Positions 1 to 11,760 of a stretch of DNA of 64,000 bases are shown here, piece after piece (the stretch's first letter is position 1; each line of letters opens with the position of its first letter). Below the pieces are notes generated by a model. It was not told where the DNA came from and searched no databases. It saw only the letters and a list, made by a program, of their open reading frames with translations. The DNA is from Callorhinchus milii (lineage: Eukaryota). The position numbers and the translations under genes are program-made. The stretch is from the NCBI RefSeq assembly GCF_018977255.1, contig NW_024704742.1, positions 102,302,001 to 102,366,000 of the forward strand. The letters are read 5' to 3'.

Positions 1-355
1 CATTGTTCCTGGTCAAAGGCGAGACCTGGGCCATGTACAGTAACACCGAGAAGGCCTCACACTTTGACACCAAGTTTTTCCTAGTGATGGACAGTAAGCG
101 CTTGGCACCACATCCCCAGTTTCTTCCTCACTGTATCAAGACGCTCCTCCCAGCTTTTTTGGCACGCCCTGGCAGCCCCGAACTAGATGTAGAGGACCTT
201 GACGTAGTCTGGCTTCACCGCAAATGGCTTGCCACTGTGACCTTACAACTTCCTAAAATACATCATCCTGCTTTTCTGGCGGTTGACTTTGGTGCCCAAG
301 GCCTGTTCAAACCGATCGCACGTGCTTAGCAAGCTCGCAAACGATTTTTGGTCTA
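1..355 (-). mobile_element. Tx1/L1-clade LINE ORF2 fragment (copy A, 5'-truncated, continues out of window)
   Basis: Homologous to 2020-2233 plus 2830-2925 of copy B; minus strand encodes the post-RT region (..GTKVNRQKSRMMYF..). Confidence 0.8.
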
Positions 356-1511
356 GACTAGAGATTTTTTTTGAAAATATATATTTATTTATAAATACAG
401 TATTTGGTACAACAGAAATCCAAAACAAACACAATATCTTTTGTTAATTTTTTTTCCCTTTTCTCCCAATACAAAAAACATTCCGTTGTTTACGGTATAT
501 TCCTCCCCCGCACATAGATTGTGCACACATTTTTTGGGATGCTCCCTTTAACACAGTCGGGAGTTGCCCCTGTGTACACCACATCCATGTACGTCCCTGC
601 ACACACCCTGAGAAGATGCGGTTGCCGCTTTTGGAAGGTGCCCCGGTGTGCACCGTACACGCACATGCTTACCGAACGTGCATTTTCGGGACGCTCTTTG
701 GTTACGTCCGGACCAACCTTCTGTCAGTTTTGAGTGCGCTCGTGAGCAGTTTGTGCCAGAGCGCCGGGTTTAGGCCCCATCTGGCCTTTGCTGTGGTTAG
801 TATGAATTTCAACTTGTTCCTCAGTATATAGTTCCTGATTCTAGCGTGTGCGAGCCTGAGGCAGGCCCTCAACATCCCCTCGTTCTGCCAGAAGAACACC
901 AGGTTGCAGGAGTGCCAAGTTTACCAAGTTTATGATTCTCCAGGCACACTCTATGTGGGTTTCGTTGTGAGTGCCTGGGAAGAGGCTGTGTAGCACCGAG
1001 TGCCGTGACAGTGGGACCCAGGGACGAACCGCGAGAGAATCCATTCCATCTTTTTCCAAACCCCCTTTTCAAAACAACACGCCAGGAAGAGGTGGCTCAC
1101 GGTCTCCTGGCCTCTGCAGCCAGCCCAAGGACAATGTGCTGACTGGCCCAGACCTCGACCGTACATAAAAGCCCTGAGGCGGAGGCCCCTTTTATCGCCA
1201 GCCAGGCCATATCCTGATGGTTGTTTGTCAGGGCCAGTGACAAGGCATTTTGCCAGATGTAGCTGGCTGTCACCCCTGGGTACATCCCGATCCTGTCTGC
1301 CCTCTCCCCCTTTCGAACTGCTTTGACTACCTGTTGCGCTGATCACTTGGGTGATTGCATGAGTGTCTGGGATGGTGTTGTTCAAGAACTTCTCAACATA
1401 GGATAGGTGTTTCAGCACGCTCCAACTGTGTGGAACGTTTCGAGGCAGTTCTGCCAGACCCACCCTTCTTAGCACTGGGTTCAGGTAGAAACCCAGTACA
1501 TAGCGGCATTT

Positions 1512-1823
1512 AATAATAATAATAATAATCCTTGCATTTGATATAGGGCTTTTCATGTCTTCTAGACGTCCCAAAGGGCTTCACAGAATATACTGTATGA
1601 ATTGATTGTGTATTTGTGGGCGAATGTGGCAGCCAATTGCGCGCAGCATTGTCCCACAAACAGTCATGGATTGAAAATGACCAATTTATTATTTTTTTTG
1701 GAGGGATTATTATTAGGCGTGTGGAATAAGGAAACTTGCCCAAGGTTTCGCCCTGCCTGGAATTGAACTCAGGTCTCTCACTTGCAAAGCGAGTGCTCTA
1801 ACCACTGAACTACAGGACTCCAC
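1512..1823 (-). mobile_element. tRNA-derived SINE (young ~310-bp family) inserted in Tx1
   Basis: Reverse complement of the 24577-24905 copy; (ATT)n tail; possible ATTT TSD. Confidence 0.93.
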
Positions 1824-2256
1824 ATTTGTAGCCAGTATAGCGAGCCTCCAGGCACAGCCTCAGGCAGCTACACATGAAGGTGGCCACGAGGTTCAGGGCT
1901 ACATTAGGGACCCCTTTTTCCCTCCTTTTCTGGGGTTTTGTGAATCGTGTCTCTGTGGACACGATCCATCTTGGACCCCTAGATCAGTTTGAAGACCTCT
2001 CTGGTGACTGCAGTGGTGGTGTTCCTGGTCAAAGGACAGACCTGGGCTATGTACAGTAACACCGAGAGGACCTCACACTTTATCACCAGATTTTTCCCAG
2101 TGATGGACAGCGAGCGCCACATCACCAGTTTCTTCCTCACTCTATCTAGACGCTCCTCCCAGCTTTTTTGGCACGTCCAAGCAGCCCCGAGCCAGATGCC
2201 GAGGACTTTGATATAGTGTGGCTTCACCGCAAAAGGTATGTGACTGTGTTCTTTCC

Positions 2257-2828
2257 AACAAGAACAACAAAATGCCATTTGTAAAGTGCCTTTCATGTTG
2301 GGAGGACGTCCCAAGGCGCTGGACAGACCGAGTTATGGACCCAAGCTGGAGGTTGGGGTGGGGGAGGGTGGAGGGCAGGGGGGGAAGCAGGGAGAAAGCA
2401 CGGTCAAAGAGGAGGGTCTTGAGGTGAGTCTTGAAGGTGGTGGTGTGGGGGGGGCGAGAAGGAGGGACTGCGGGATGGAGTTCCAGAGGGTGGGTGCAGA
2501 GTGGTGGAAGGCCCACCCGCTAATGGTGGGGCGAGCAAGGTGGGGACGTGAAGCAGGCCGGAGTCCACTGAGCGGAGGGAGCGAACATGGTGGTAGTGTG
2601 TTAGGAGGTAGAGAGGTAGTGGGGAGCAAGACCCTGGAGAGCTTTGAAGGTAAGGGACCAGGATCTTGAACTGTATCCTTTGTGTGGAACTGTATACTTT
2701 GTGTGATGGGAATCCAGTGGAGTTGGGCAAGGATGGGGGTGATAGGTTCACGGTGCCTAGTGCGGGAGAGGACACGGGCTGCAGAGTTCTAGATGATGTG
2801 CAGCCTGTGGAGGGAGGAGATGGGGAAT
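2257..2828 (-). mobile_element. L2 LINE 3' fragment nested in Tx1 copy B
   Basis: L2 C-terminal peptide (AFHHSAPTLWNSIP..FKTHLKTLLFDRAF), 3' stem-loop and GTT-type tail; Tx1 sequence resumes at ~2830. Confidence 0.9.
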
Positions 2829-4449
2829 CTCCAAAATACATCACCTTGCTTCTCTGGCGGTTGACCTTGGCTCCCGAGGCTTATCGCAAATGCCTAGCAG
2901 GCTCGAGACCAATTTTTGGTCTGTGCAAAAGACAGTGACATCATTATATACAGGAAAGCCTTGGCTGCCCAGGATGGTGACATCTCTAATGCTCCCTTCC
3001 CTCCTGAAGGCCTGTGCAAAGGGTTTGATGCGGCAAAGAGGGTCGGGGATAGGGGACAACCCTGCGTTACTCCTGACCTGATGATCTGAGCTAGAGATTA
3101 CAATCAATTCAATGTAAGAGCACTGCTGTGTAGCGAGACTGTAAAATCCTTTGAAGGACAGCAGATATGGTGCATGTTTTGTTACACATGCACGCTCTGT
3201 AGCTTTCAATATATTTACTATCCAGACAGCTGTCCTTGTGCCTGTAAAACAATATTATAAATCTAGTTTTACTAGTTTCTCTCAGCCAACGCTGTCAAAC
3301 ATGTACAACTGCATGTCTATATTAGCTTATTAAACACAAACAGAAAAATCACAGATAAAGAGGATGTGTTTAATGGAGATCAGAATGGTTTGGGAACAAT
3401 TTCTATTGGGTATTTTCATCTGTGCTCCATTGGTACTTCATAATCTGTACAGTTTAGATAAGGTATCTTTTGGCATAGCTAAGAAAGCTATGCTACAAAT
3501 GTATTCATATTTTCTTTTTATTTGGGGATGTTATTGATCTTTAAACCTCTTATCTCTTACCTAAGGCACCGAGTCATGTTGGATATGCCGTTCCACAGGC
3601 AATTTAAACCCTGATTTAAATGGTCATTTTTGTGTGTGAATTTAAACACTGAGTATAAGGAAGCTCTTCAAAGCTAAGCCTGGGCTTTATTGATGTATGC
3701 AGAAATATAACTTACATTTAAATAGCCTTTCATAAAAAGTCTTGAGTTCCTTCTGCCTCATACCCACTATCCCTGTTTTCAAAACACTTTGTTAAAAACA
3801 AACCTACTTCTTTGATGTGTCTTCTTTCTATGTTCCCTTCGTCCCACAGTCCTTATTTTTTCACACTTTGCATGTGAAGCTCTTCCCAACGTTCTCTTGT
3901 ATGAGTAATATAAGCGCAAGTTTTTATTATAAGAAATGTCAAAAATAAGATTGATTAGAAACAATGTGAATGTTATTGTGTAGGAAAACGTGGCCATTTA
4001 ATTTATGCCAGAATCACTATCATCCTGCAAACAGCAATCAGATGAATTTGTTGAACTTTTGGGGTGAATTTGGATGAGAAGATCATATAAATTGGAGATC
4101 TTCTGCTTTCCAGCATTTATTATTCATAGCAGGAACTGATTTTCTTATATATATTATGTACATATCACAGACCTTGAATACTGAGGACAATTGTCATTTG
4201 ACAATTCCTGGTTTAAGTGGGTTAGCAGTTGAGACAGAATAATTTTAGACAGGATCACTCTGTTATATACTGTTCCTTTTAATACCATGTTTATTTGGGG
4301 GCTCGGGGATGTTTCTGATCTAACTATCACTGAGTGGCATTTTTATTACCAATAGGAAAGGACAAAAAGAGATATGTTGGATTAATAGTCCTGTATCACT
4401 ATAAATAGCTTTTCCATTATAACTGAAAATGTATTTGTCTTTCTCCTAG

Positions 4450-4509
4450 GCTTTTCAGACAGCTTCACCCAAGACCATCTCAAAAGCTTTCTGCAGAGAG
4501 GCTGAGGAA
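4450..4509 (+). CDS. Candidate 60-nt internal exon of unidentified host gene
   Basis: ttgtctttctcctag|...gaggaa|gtaagt, strong acceptor and consensus donor. Open in phase 2 (LFRQLHPRPSQKLSAERLR) and phase 0 (AFQTASPKTISKAFCREAEE). Confidence 0.5.
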
Positions 4510-6419
4510 GTAAGTTCAATCTCTGTAATAATTCCTTTGACATTTCATGTCCGACACCCGTTGTGTTATCGAATGATGTGAAGGAAATTAGTTGTACCAG
4601 GGTTCCTGGCCTGTTCTGCTGAACGTCAGGTTGTCTGCAAATTTTCAGCCCCCAATTTTTTCAATGACAGAAGATTGCACCAGGACAGACAATGAAGAGC
4701 ATGATGGACAACTGTTTTCTGACAGCTTCGTAAAATACAGCAACAATCAAAATTCCATTACAGCAGGACCCACTGTTGTGTTAACATCTCCTCACCACTG
4801 GGATAAGTGGAGCGTCACAGCACTGTAATATATCTTGGAATAGAGGCAGAGTAAACTGTGCGGTGGCATAACAACTATAGTTGTAAACAGTGATGGTGTA
4901 ATTTTTGTTTTTGAGAATTTAGGAGAATAGCAAGGTCCCATAAGGACTCAACCAAGGTAGAAAAGAGAGAGCAACAAAAAATAAGTTAAGCCTTGAAAAA
5001 GCCTAGGAGAAAGATATGCTTCCACTGCTGTAATTGGCCATTCTTCACATATAACAATAACTGTGTGAGTTATTGTAGTCAAGTGTGACCCCGTTGTTCC
5101 CCAATGTCCACACAATCATACTTTCCAGCGGAAGACAATGGATAGTAATTAGGTGCATGAGTCCTGCCTGGCTCTTCCTCTCAAGCCCAGTGGTGCTGAA
5201 TCCACTTATCACCCCAATTACTGTCTCAGCTAAGATCAGCTAACTTGGTTCAGACGTGCTGAACATGCTTTCTTCTCTTATGCATGGTTTCACACAATAC
5301 TAATTTACATTTGCATAGCTACTTATAGCGTGTCGAGGATCTCCCAAGGTGCTTAACAGAATTACCGAGACCACAACAGAGGGTTGGCTCAATTTTGACA
5401 TTCTGTTGCCAAGCATGTCACCCCAGAGCCAGTTCAGCTCCAAGTTGACCCACACCCCACCCCCACAGGAGGATAACCTACTAGATCATAAGGGAATCCA
5501 TGGTCTTAGGAATCTAAAATTGCTTTAGAATGGATCAGATGTGTAATTTATAAGATGCAATAACTTTTGCGGACTTTTATCTTTGGCTGCATAGAACAGC
5601 ATAAATAGAAAGCAGATTTTCAACTAAAATTTAATGTTATATTGATTAACACTTTTAAAGAGATTAATAACTGGTTTAGAACAGGATTAAGGGTTACATG
5701 AATAAGCACATATGCAGGTCATCAAATGATTTTGGAATATGATGGACTCTGAGCCACTGAGAATTTTGAAATATCATAGCAAGGAAGGTATCTGATTGTA
5801 GATTTACATTATAATATATGACGTGACATAGCTTTTATGGTGTTTATCTTTGGAAAAGTGAGGGAAACGGCTTTGGAAATTCGCCTGCATTGTCATGATG
5901 CAAATTAGGACATTGTGTTAGAATTATTGTGTTTAGACACAAGTGTTTCTGTGGGATTTATCATTGAGCCTGCAGGAAGCTCTGTATGTTTTACAATGGA
6001 TCAGATGTTCTGTGCTTTGGGGCATGGACCCCAACATTTACAGGATTTGCCAAAAAATTCAAAAGGTGCACAGAAAGCCATCCATCCATCGACACACATT
6101 GCACTTCAAATCGTGATGTCACACTTGAAACAAGTCAGCAAACTTCTTGCATTTTTTCATTTCAGAACATGTAATTGAATAATGACTTGTTTTGAAACAC
6201 TGTTGCTTCACTGAAGGAGCCAGCTGGCAATCTGCATACCTGCAAAACAAACATCACTGGCCATTGTGATCATAGTCATATAGAAGCACTGACTATCGAT
6301 ATTCTCCTCCCGCCCCCAATATAATGCTGGTGGGGTGGGGGAACGCACATATAACTGAATAAATATTAATAAATATTACAGGATGTCAATAAATCAATGA
6401 TTGGGAAATCATTTTTCAA

Positions 6420-6448
6420 CCTTTTGGCTAAGATCAGACGTAATTCTA
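6420..6448 (+). pseudogene. Short U2 snRNA 5' fragment
   Basis: ccttttggctaagatca (17 nt) matches the 5' region of vertebrate U2 snRNA as I recall it; similarity decays within ~10 nt. Confidence 0.45.
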
Positions 6449-8407
6449 ACTAAGCTCGGTTATGGAAGTCTATCCGGCACTGGAGATCGTATTGAGATGA
6501 TCAGAACATCATTGATTTGGATCTGGTGCCCCCATCACCTTCTGTCCTTTTGACAACAGGAAGATTGGTTTGAGAGGCTGGATTATAGCAATAAGGCCGG
6601 CTCTTTCGAAACAAAGATATCAAATTGTAACTGGTACCAGAGCCTTAGGACATTCTTCAAAAGTGAAAGGACCTATGAAAACGTAATTTATTGTTGTTGT
6701 AATTGCTATATGGATTAATTCAGAATGGGAGGGAGTTCCCCAATAAGAGGAGTGCAAAAAAGAAACTGCTAATATTACATTATAAACATTCCTATATTGC
6801 CAGTATTTTTTNCCTTTTCAAGGCAGATAGAAAAATGTTATTTGATATAGTAAGGATTAAGCACTTTTCCAAGCTCAGTCGTATTTGTTTTTTAAAATGT
6901 TAGTTTAGGAGGTGTTATGTATTTGACCTTTGTCTAACTTTCTATTCACTAATCATTAACGGTAATCCCCAATTAGAAGCTGAGGTGCTCAGAAGTAGTT
7001 CAGTATTGAGTTAACATAGTATTTACATCATTAGTACTCCTGTTAAACATCACATACTCTGTTGTACATGAACTCTGGAGTTCAGAAAGCTTTTTGGGAG
7101 CTTAGCAATGCATTACTGTTTTCTAATGTATGCTGGGTTTCATAAAGAATGATCCTCAGTTAAAGTCACCATACCTACTTGAAGCAAACAGGAACTCAAG
7201 TAATGTCGACAAGAAGGGATTTGTTGAAGCATATGGTGCTGCATTGGGCACTGGTGAGGAGAGGACAGGAATGAAGGGGATGAAGAGTAGTTAGCTGGCC
7301 TAGGTCAAACCAAACATCAAACCGTTTACCCCAAATCATTGGCATTGGGGATAAAGATTTTACTTGAAAGCATCCTAGGCCTGCCTTTGAAGGCGTTCAG
7401 AAGTGCTGTGGAGCCACGTTGAGGTGTCCCTTGACTCCATTCGTATTATATTGGAAGATGGTGCTGAAGTTCAAAGGGACATGCCTTTCAGATATGCAGT
7501 GCCAAATAAGTAATGATGTGCAACATGGATTCTTTGCACTGAGGACTTTCATTGAGGATGTGGTACCACCATGGTAAATTAACAGCCTTTGATAGCCACA
7601 AATGGAAATCACAGTGAACACTTGAAATCCTATTTTGAACAACAAAAAATAGACCTCCTAATCTCTGCTAGTGACTACTCGAGGCACCGCAGCTATGAAG
7701 AGGAAGTCAGTAGCAAGGAGCAGCAAACACTATAATTGTCACCCTTTGCCAGGATGTTGAATGCTGGAGTACAAGCAAGTATTATGAAGCAGTGAGAGTA
7801 ATCAGATTGATTGATCCACTTCATTTCTTATTTGAACTAGGCTGTGCAGAGACATGCTAAACATAGGTGAGGCATCTCCTGCAGTAGGGTAGGATAATGC
7901 GAAAAGGATGTCTGCAATGACCAAAGTTTTGCCACTTGGCCTGAAGAAGCTGTGAGGGAGAATACAGGAGCAAATGCCAAGGCTCTGTTTGCCCTTGACT
8001 ACAACGTAAATGGCTTCAGACGAAAAAGTTAAAAGGAAATGATTGCCCATTATTCTTCAGTAATGGCTTCATCGTAATCGATCACATTCTTCAGTCTAAG
8101 TTGTTTCAGCTGCTCTTTCAAGTGTTTTTATTGGTGCTCAAATTTTACTAAGAACATAATAATTTACTCTTGGATTCAGGCATAAGCTGATCCTCTCTCC
8201 CATCCCCGCCTGAGTAATTTGCAGGCTTGTTACTCATTCACAACTATTTGTAGTTAGAGATGCCTTTTTCCGAGAGTTATAAGTTATAAGGTGATGAATG
8301 AAGACATAGTAATATTCTGAAAGGCTGAGAGATGCACCAATACCCTTCATATTTCAGTCAGCCTCCGAGTCATCCATAATCTTCTTTATTTTGAATTAGG
8401 ACTGCTA

Positions 8408-8738
8408 AATAATAATAATAATAATAATAATCCTTGCATTTGATATAGCGCTTTTCACGTCGGGAGGACGTCCCAAAGCGCTTCACAGAACACACTGTAA
8501 AGTGAATTGACTGTATATTTGTGGGCGAACGCGGCAGCCAATTGCGCACAGCAATGTCCCACAAACAGTCATGGATTGAAAATGACCAATTTTATTATTG
8601 TTTTTTTTGTTTTGGAGGGATTATTATTAGGCGTGTGGAGTAAGGAAACTTGCCCAAGGTTTCGCCCTCTGCCTGGAATTGAACTCAGGTCTCTAGCTTG
8701 CAAAGCGAGTGCTCAACCACTGAGCTACAGGACTCCAC
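8408..8738 (-). mobile_element. tRNA-derived SINE, young full-length copy
   Basis: Same family; (ATT)n tail; ctgctaaa on both sides as likely TSD; short duplication of the head (acaggactc). Confidence 0.93.
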
Positions 8739-8921
8739 ACAGGACTCCTGCTAAAATGAGGTCTAGAGAACAGCAAAGAGTAAACAATTGAAAGTAACAT
8801 TGAACATTAATGCATTAAATTGTGGATTCCCTGGTGGCTAATTGAGTTGTATAAACTCAGGGCAGGAAGCTGACCTCAGCAACACTAGGACAGGGAAAGT
8901 AAATGTTAACGAGTGATGAGG

Positions 8922-9471
8922 TGTCAGCTTGGCTCAGTTAGTATCACTCTCACCTTGTGAATCAGAATGTTCAAGTCCCACATGGGACATTGAGCTCGTA
9001 GTCTAGGCTGATACTCCAGTGAAGTGGAGTATCCACATCTAGAAGTTTTGGGGATCACTGTATTATCTGAGGTGCCGATTTTCAGACGAGACATTAATGG
9101 AACTCTCGTCTGTTCGGGTGGACAACAACAACAAAATTACATTTATAGAGTGCCTTTCGCATCAGGAGGACGTCCCAAAGCGGACATTAAAGATGCCACT
9201 ATTTTTTCCCAGTATCCTGGTCAACAATCCTCCAAATAAAATTGCTTATGTAGCTTATAAAATTGCTTATAAAATTGCTTATTAGCCTATCAGGTGTGGA
9301 CAGGACTGGACTGGACTAAGCTACATCACTGTTGAAAATTTACCAACACTTCGTATTAAAATTGCTTATGTAGCTGTTTGTGTTTGCCTACAAAGACAGA
9401 GTCACTACAATCTACAGTAAAATCCTGTGAAGTTTTTCGCAATGTGCTTAAGGGTGAGGATTATTATTATA
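8922..9471 (+). mobile_element. Older SacSINE1/DeuSINE-like SINE with internal insertions
   Basis: tRNA-like head (ggctcagttagtatcactctc..gttcaagtccca), body gtctaggctgatactccagtg..gatgccactattt, L2-like tail. Confidence 0.7.
9124..9181 (-). mobile_element. Minimal L2 3'-end insertion (stem-loop plus GTT tail)
   Basis: Matches the terminal ~58 nt of L2; flanked by a ggac direct repeat inside the older SINE. Confidence 0.8.
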
Positions 9472-9659
9472 ATCAGCTGCTGGTTGCAGTCCAGTGACCC
9501 CTGCTGGAAAGTGTGTGTCAGCCTATCAGGTGTGGACAGGACTGCCCTGGACTAAGCTACATCACTGTTGAAAATTTACCAACACTTCGTATTAAGCATT
9601 CAAGAGTACAAATGATCAGTCGGAGCCGATTGCACTGTATGTCAAGATTCAAAATGACA

Positions 9660-10012
9660 TAGTCTAGGGCTAGACTGACACTCCAATGCAGTGCTGGGGG
9701 TGTGTTTCATTGTTGGATATGCTGTTATTTGGATGAGGTGTTAAACCGAGTTCCTTGGCTGCCTGTTCAGGTGTCATTAAAGATCCCATGGTATTAATCA
9801 AAAAGGAAAGGGAGTTTCTTCCAGTGTCCCAGCCAACAATCCCCAAAATAAAATTGGTTATTTGTTTCATTAGTTGTGTGACCTTGCTGTGCTCAATTGG
9901 GATGCTGCATTTGCCTACAAATACGGTCACTTCAGTTCATAGTAAATCCTGTGAAGCTTTTGGGACATCCTTCTGATGTGAAAGCCCTACATCAAATGCA
10001 AGGATTATTATT
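9660..10012 (+). mobile_element. Older SacSINE1/DeuSINE-like SINE, 5'-truncated
   Basis: tagactgacactccaatgcagtgctg..gttaaaccgag..aaagatcccatgg..tgtgaagctttgggacatcc..ggattattatt. Confidence 0.75.
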
Positions 10013-11429
10013 AGGCTGATATAAAATGAGTAAAATAGCTTAAAGAATCATTTAGACACAATAAAGATACCTACGGATCCAACAGGTAAAATTAGATTCT
10101 TTGGTGTACTCAAAGGTTCAAATGAATTAAACTGTTCACTTTCATTATACTGGCAAATAGATGGGTTATCTGCTGATGAAATCAGAGCTTTAGGAATGGA
10201 TTATTGTAAAAAGGCTATGAATCTTACTGGAAATTGTGTGTCATCAGCATATTTGACAATGCAGCAAAAGTGCATAGGACATGTCAATTTCAATACCAGT
10301 TCTGGTGTCCATGCGGAAATTGGAAATTGGAAATTGATTTGCGTTTTTTTTACATTTGAAAAGAACAAGAAAAGGAATTTCAGCATACTGCTGCGTTTAT
10401 TCTGACTTTCCCAGGTCGTTGCTATACCACATGCTATGAAACACTTGCAATTCTTGTAGTGCTTAATGATCTGTTGATCCCTGAACTTCATATAATTGAG
10501 CGTGCCCCTATTTGAATGTCTCTGTATAAATTTCGCTTAGGCAAACATTCCCAAAAACATAAATCCTTAAAATGCAAGCTTGTGTTATCCATTTTGAATG
10601 CAAATGGGAACACATTAGCAAAACAAAATCAATGCACTTGACTTAAGGATTAAGCCGTTTCTACATGAGAAAGCCTTTGATATTAGAATCCAAGGTCTAT
10701 TCAGAAGATCTATTCATTATTCAGAAAAAAGGAGGTTCTCCTAGTGTCTTGGCCAATAGCAACAACTTATGTGGCGCCCTTCCTGCAAGATGGATTCCTG
10801 GAGTGCTGATAACATCTCAGATAGCATTTTGGAGCATTGTCCTGGCCAGCAAATAACATTGGTCATTCACTTCATGACTGTTTGTGGGACATTACTGTGT
10901 GCAAACGTGGCTGCCATGATTGCCTACTAAAAATACAGTCACTATACTTCACAATATTTTCTGTGAAGCACTGATGAGAAAGGCACTATATCAAATGTAA
11001 GGATTATTGTTATTATTTATCGATTTCATTTTGACTCCTTTTTCCCTTCTATTGGAACTATGGTTATAAAGGCCCTGTTGTGGCCCCCATGCCCTCTGGT
11101 CATTTTTTATGTATGACCCTTCACACATTTCCACGATATTACGTTATGTGGGGTTGGGGCATTGCAGAGGAACCTGACACTATCCTCATATGGCTTTTAG
11201 CATAAGTTTTTTTTTGGTCAGCCAGATCTTTGACACACGTGGAAACCCATCACCATGCTTAAGAGTTTCTGGTATGGAGTGCACTCTCTCCCCAGAGAGA
11301 TACTCCTGCTTTTCTTTATCCAGAGAATTTAGACACAGATTGGCAAGAGTCAAGGCTTGGGAAATCTAGAGTTTGTATTGCTGCATGTTAATCAACTGAA
11401 ACCAAACAGATTGTCATTACCATTGTTCA

Positions 11430-11760
11430 GATAGGACACATTACCCATTAGGGCTTTGACTTGCAAGGAGCCAAGTGGGAAGAATTCCAGTGACTGGTCT
11501 GCTCCTCCAAGTGCTGTTGCTGAGCCAAGCTGGCTGTTCCGTTTTCAACACTGTCTTGGATTGCTGTGGAACTGCCAAACTGGGATCAGACTACCAAGAC
11601 TGCCAGAGTATTGCCTTGATTTTGACATTTCATTACCAGGCACACTAACTTGGGCTCAGCCACAAGGATACCTCCTGCACCACCACCACCACCACACCAT
11701 GAGCTGTAAACAAGAACAAGATCCCTAGAATATTTTCTCATCTCTAACCTGAAGTTCTAT
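11430..11760. repeat. Unclassified old dispersed repeat, copy 1 of 3
   Basis: Core gctttg(a/g)cttgca..ggagc..tggga..agt(g/a)actg(g/a)tct shared with 20600-20880 and 51930-52220. Confidence 0.6.

Larger units (their letters stand above)
365..3150 (-). mobile_element. Tx1/L1-clade LINE, 3' part of ORF2 plus 3' UTR (copy B), interrupted by a SINE and an L2
   Basis: Minus-strand peptides: CCHC-type knuckle HCPWAGCRGQETVSHLFLAC, post-RT region IKVLGIWLG..SLSITGKNLVIK, degenerate RT motif VYNDVTVF. AATAAA followed by a short A tail at ~365-390 on the minus strand. Stops and frameshifts present. Confidence 0.85.
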
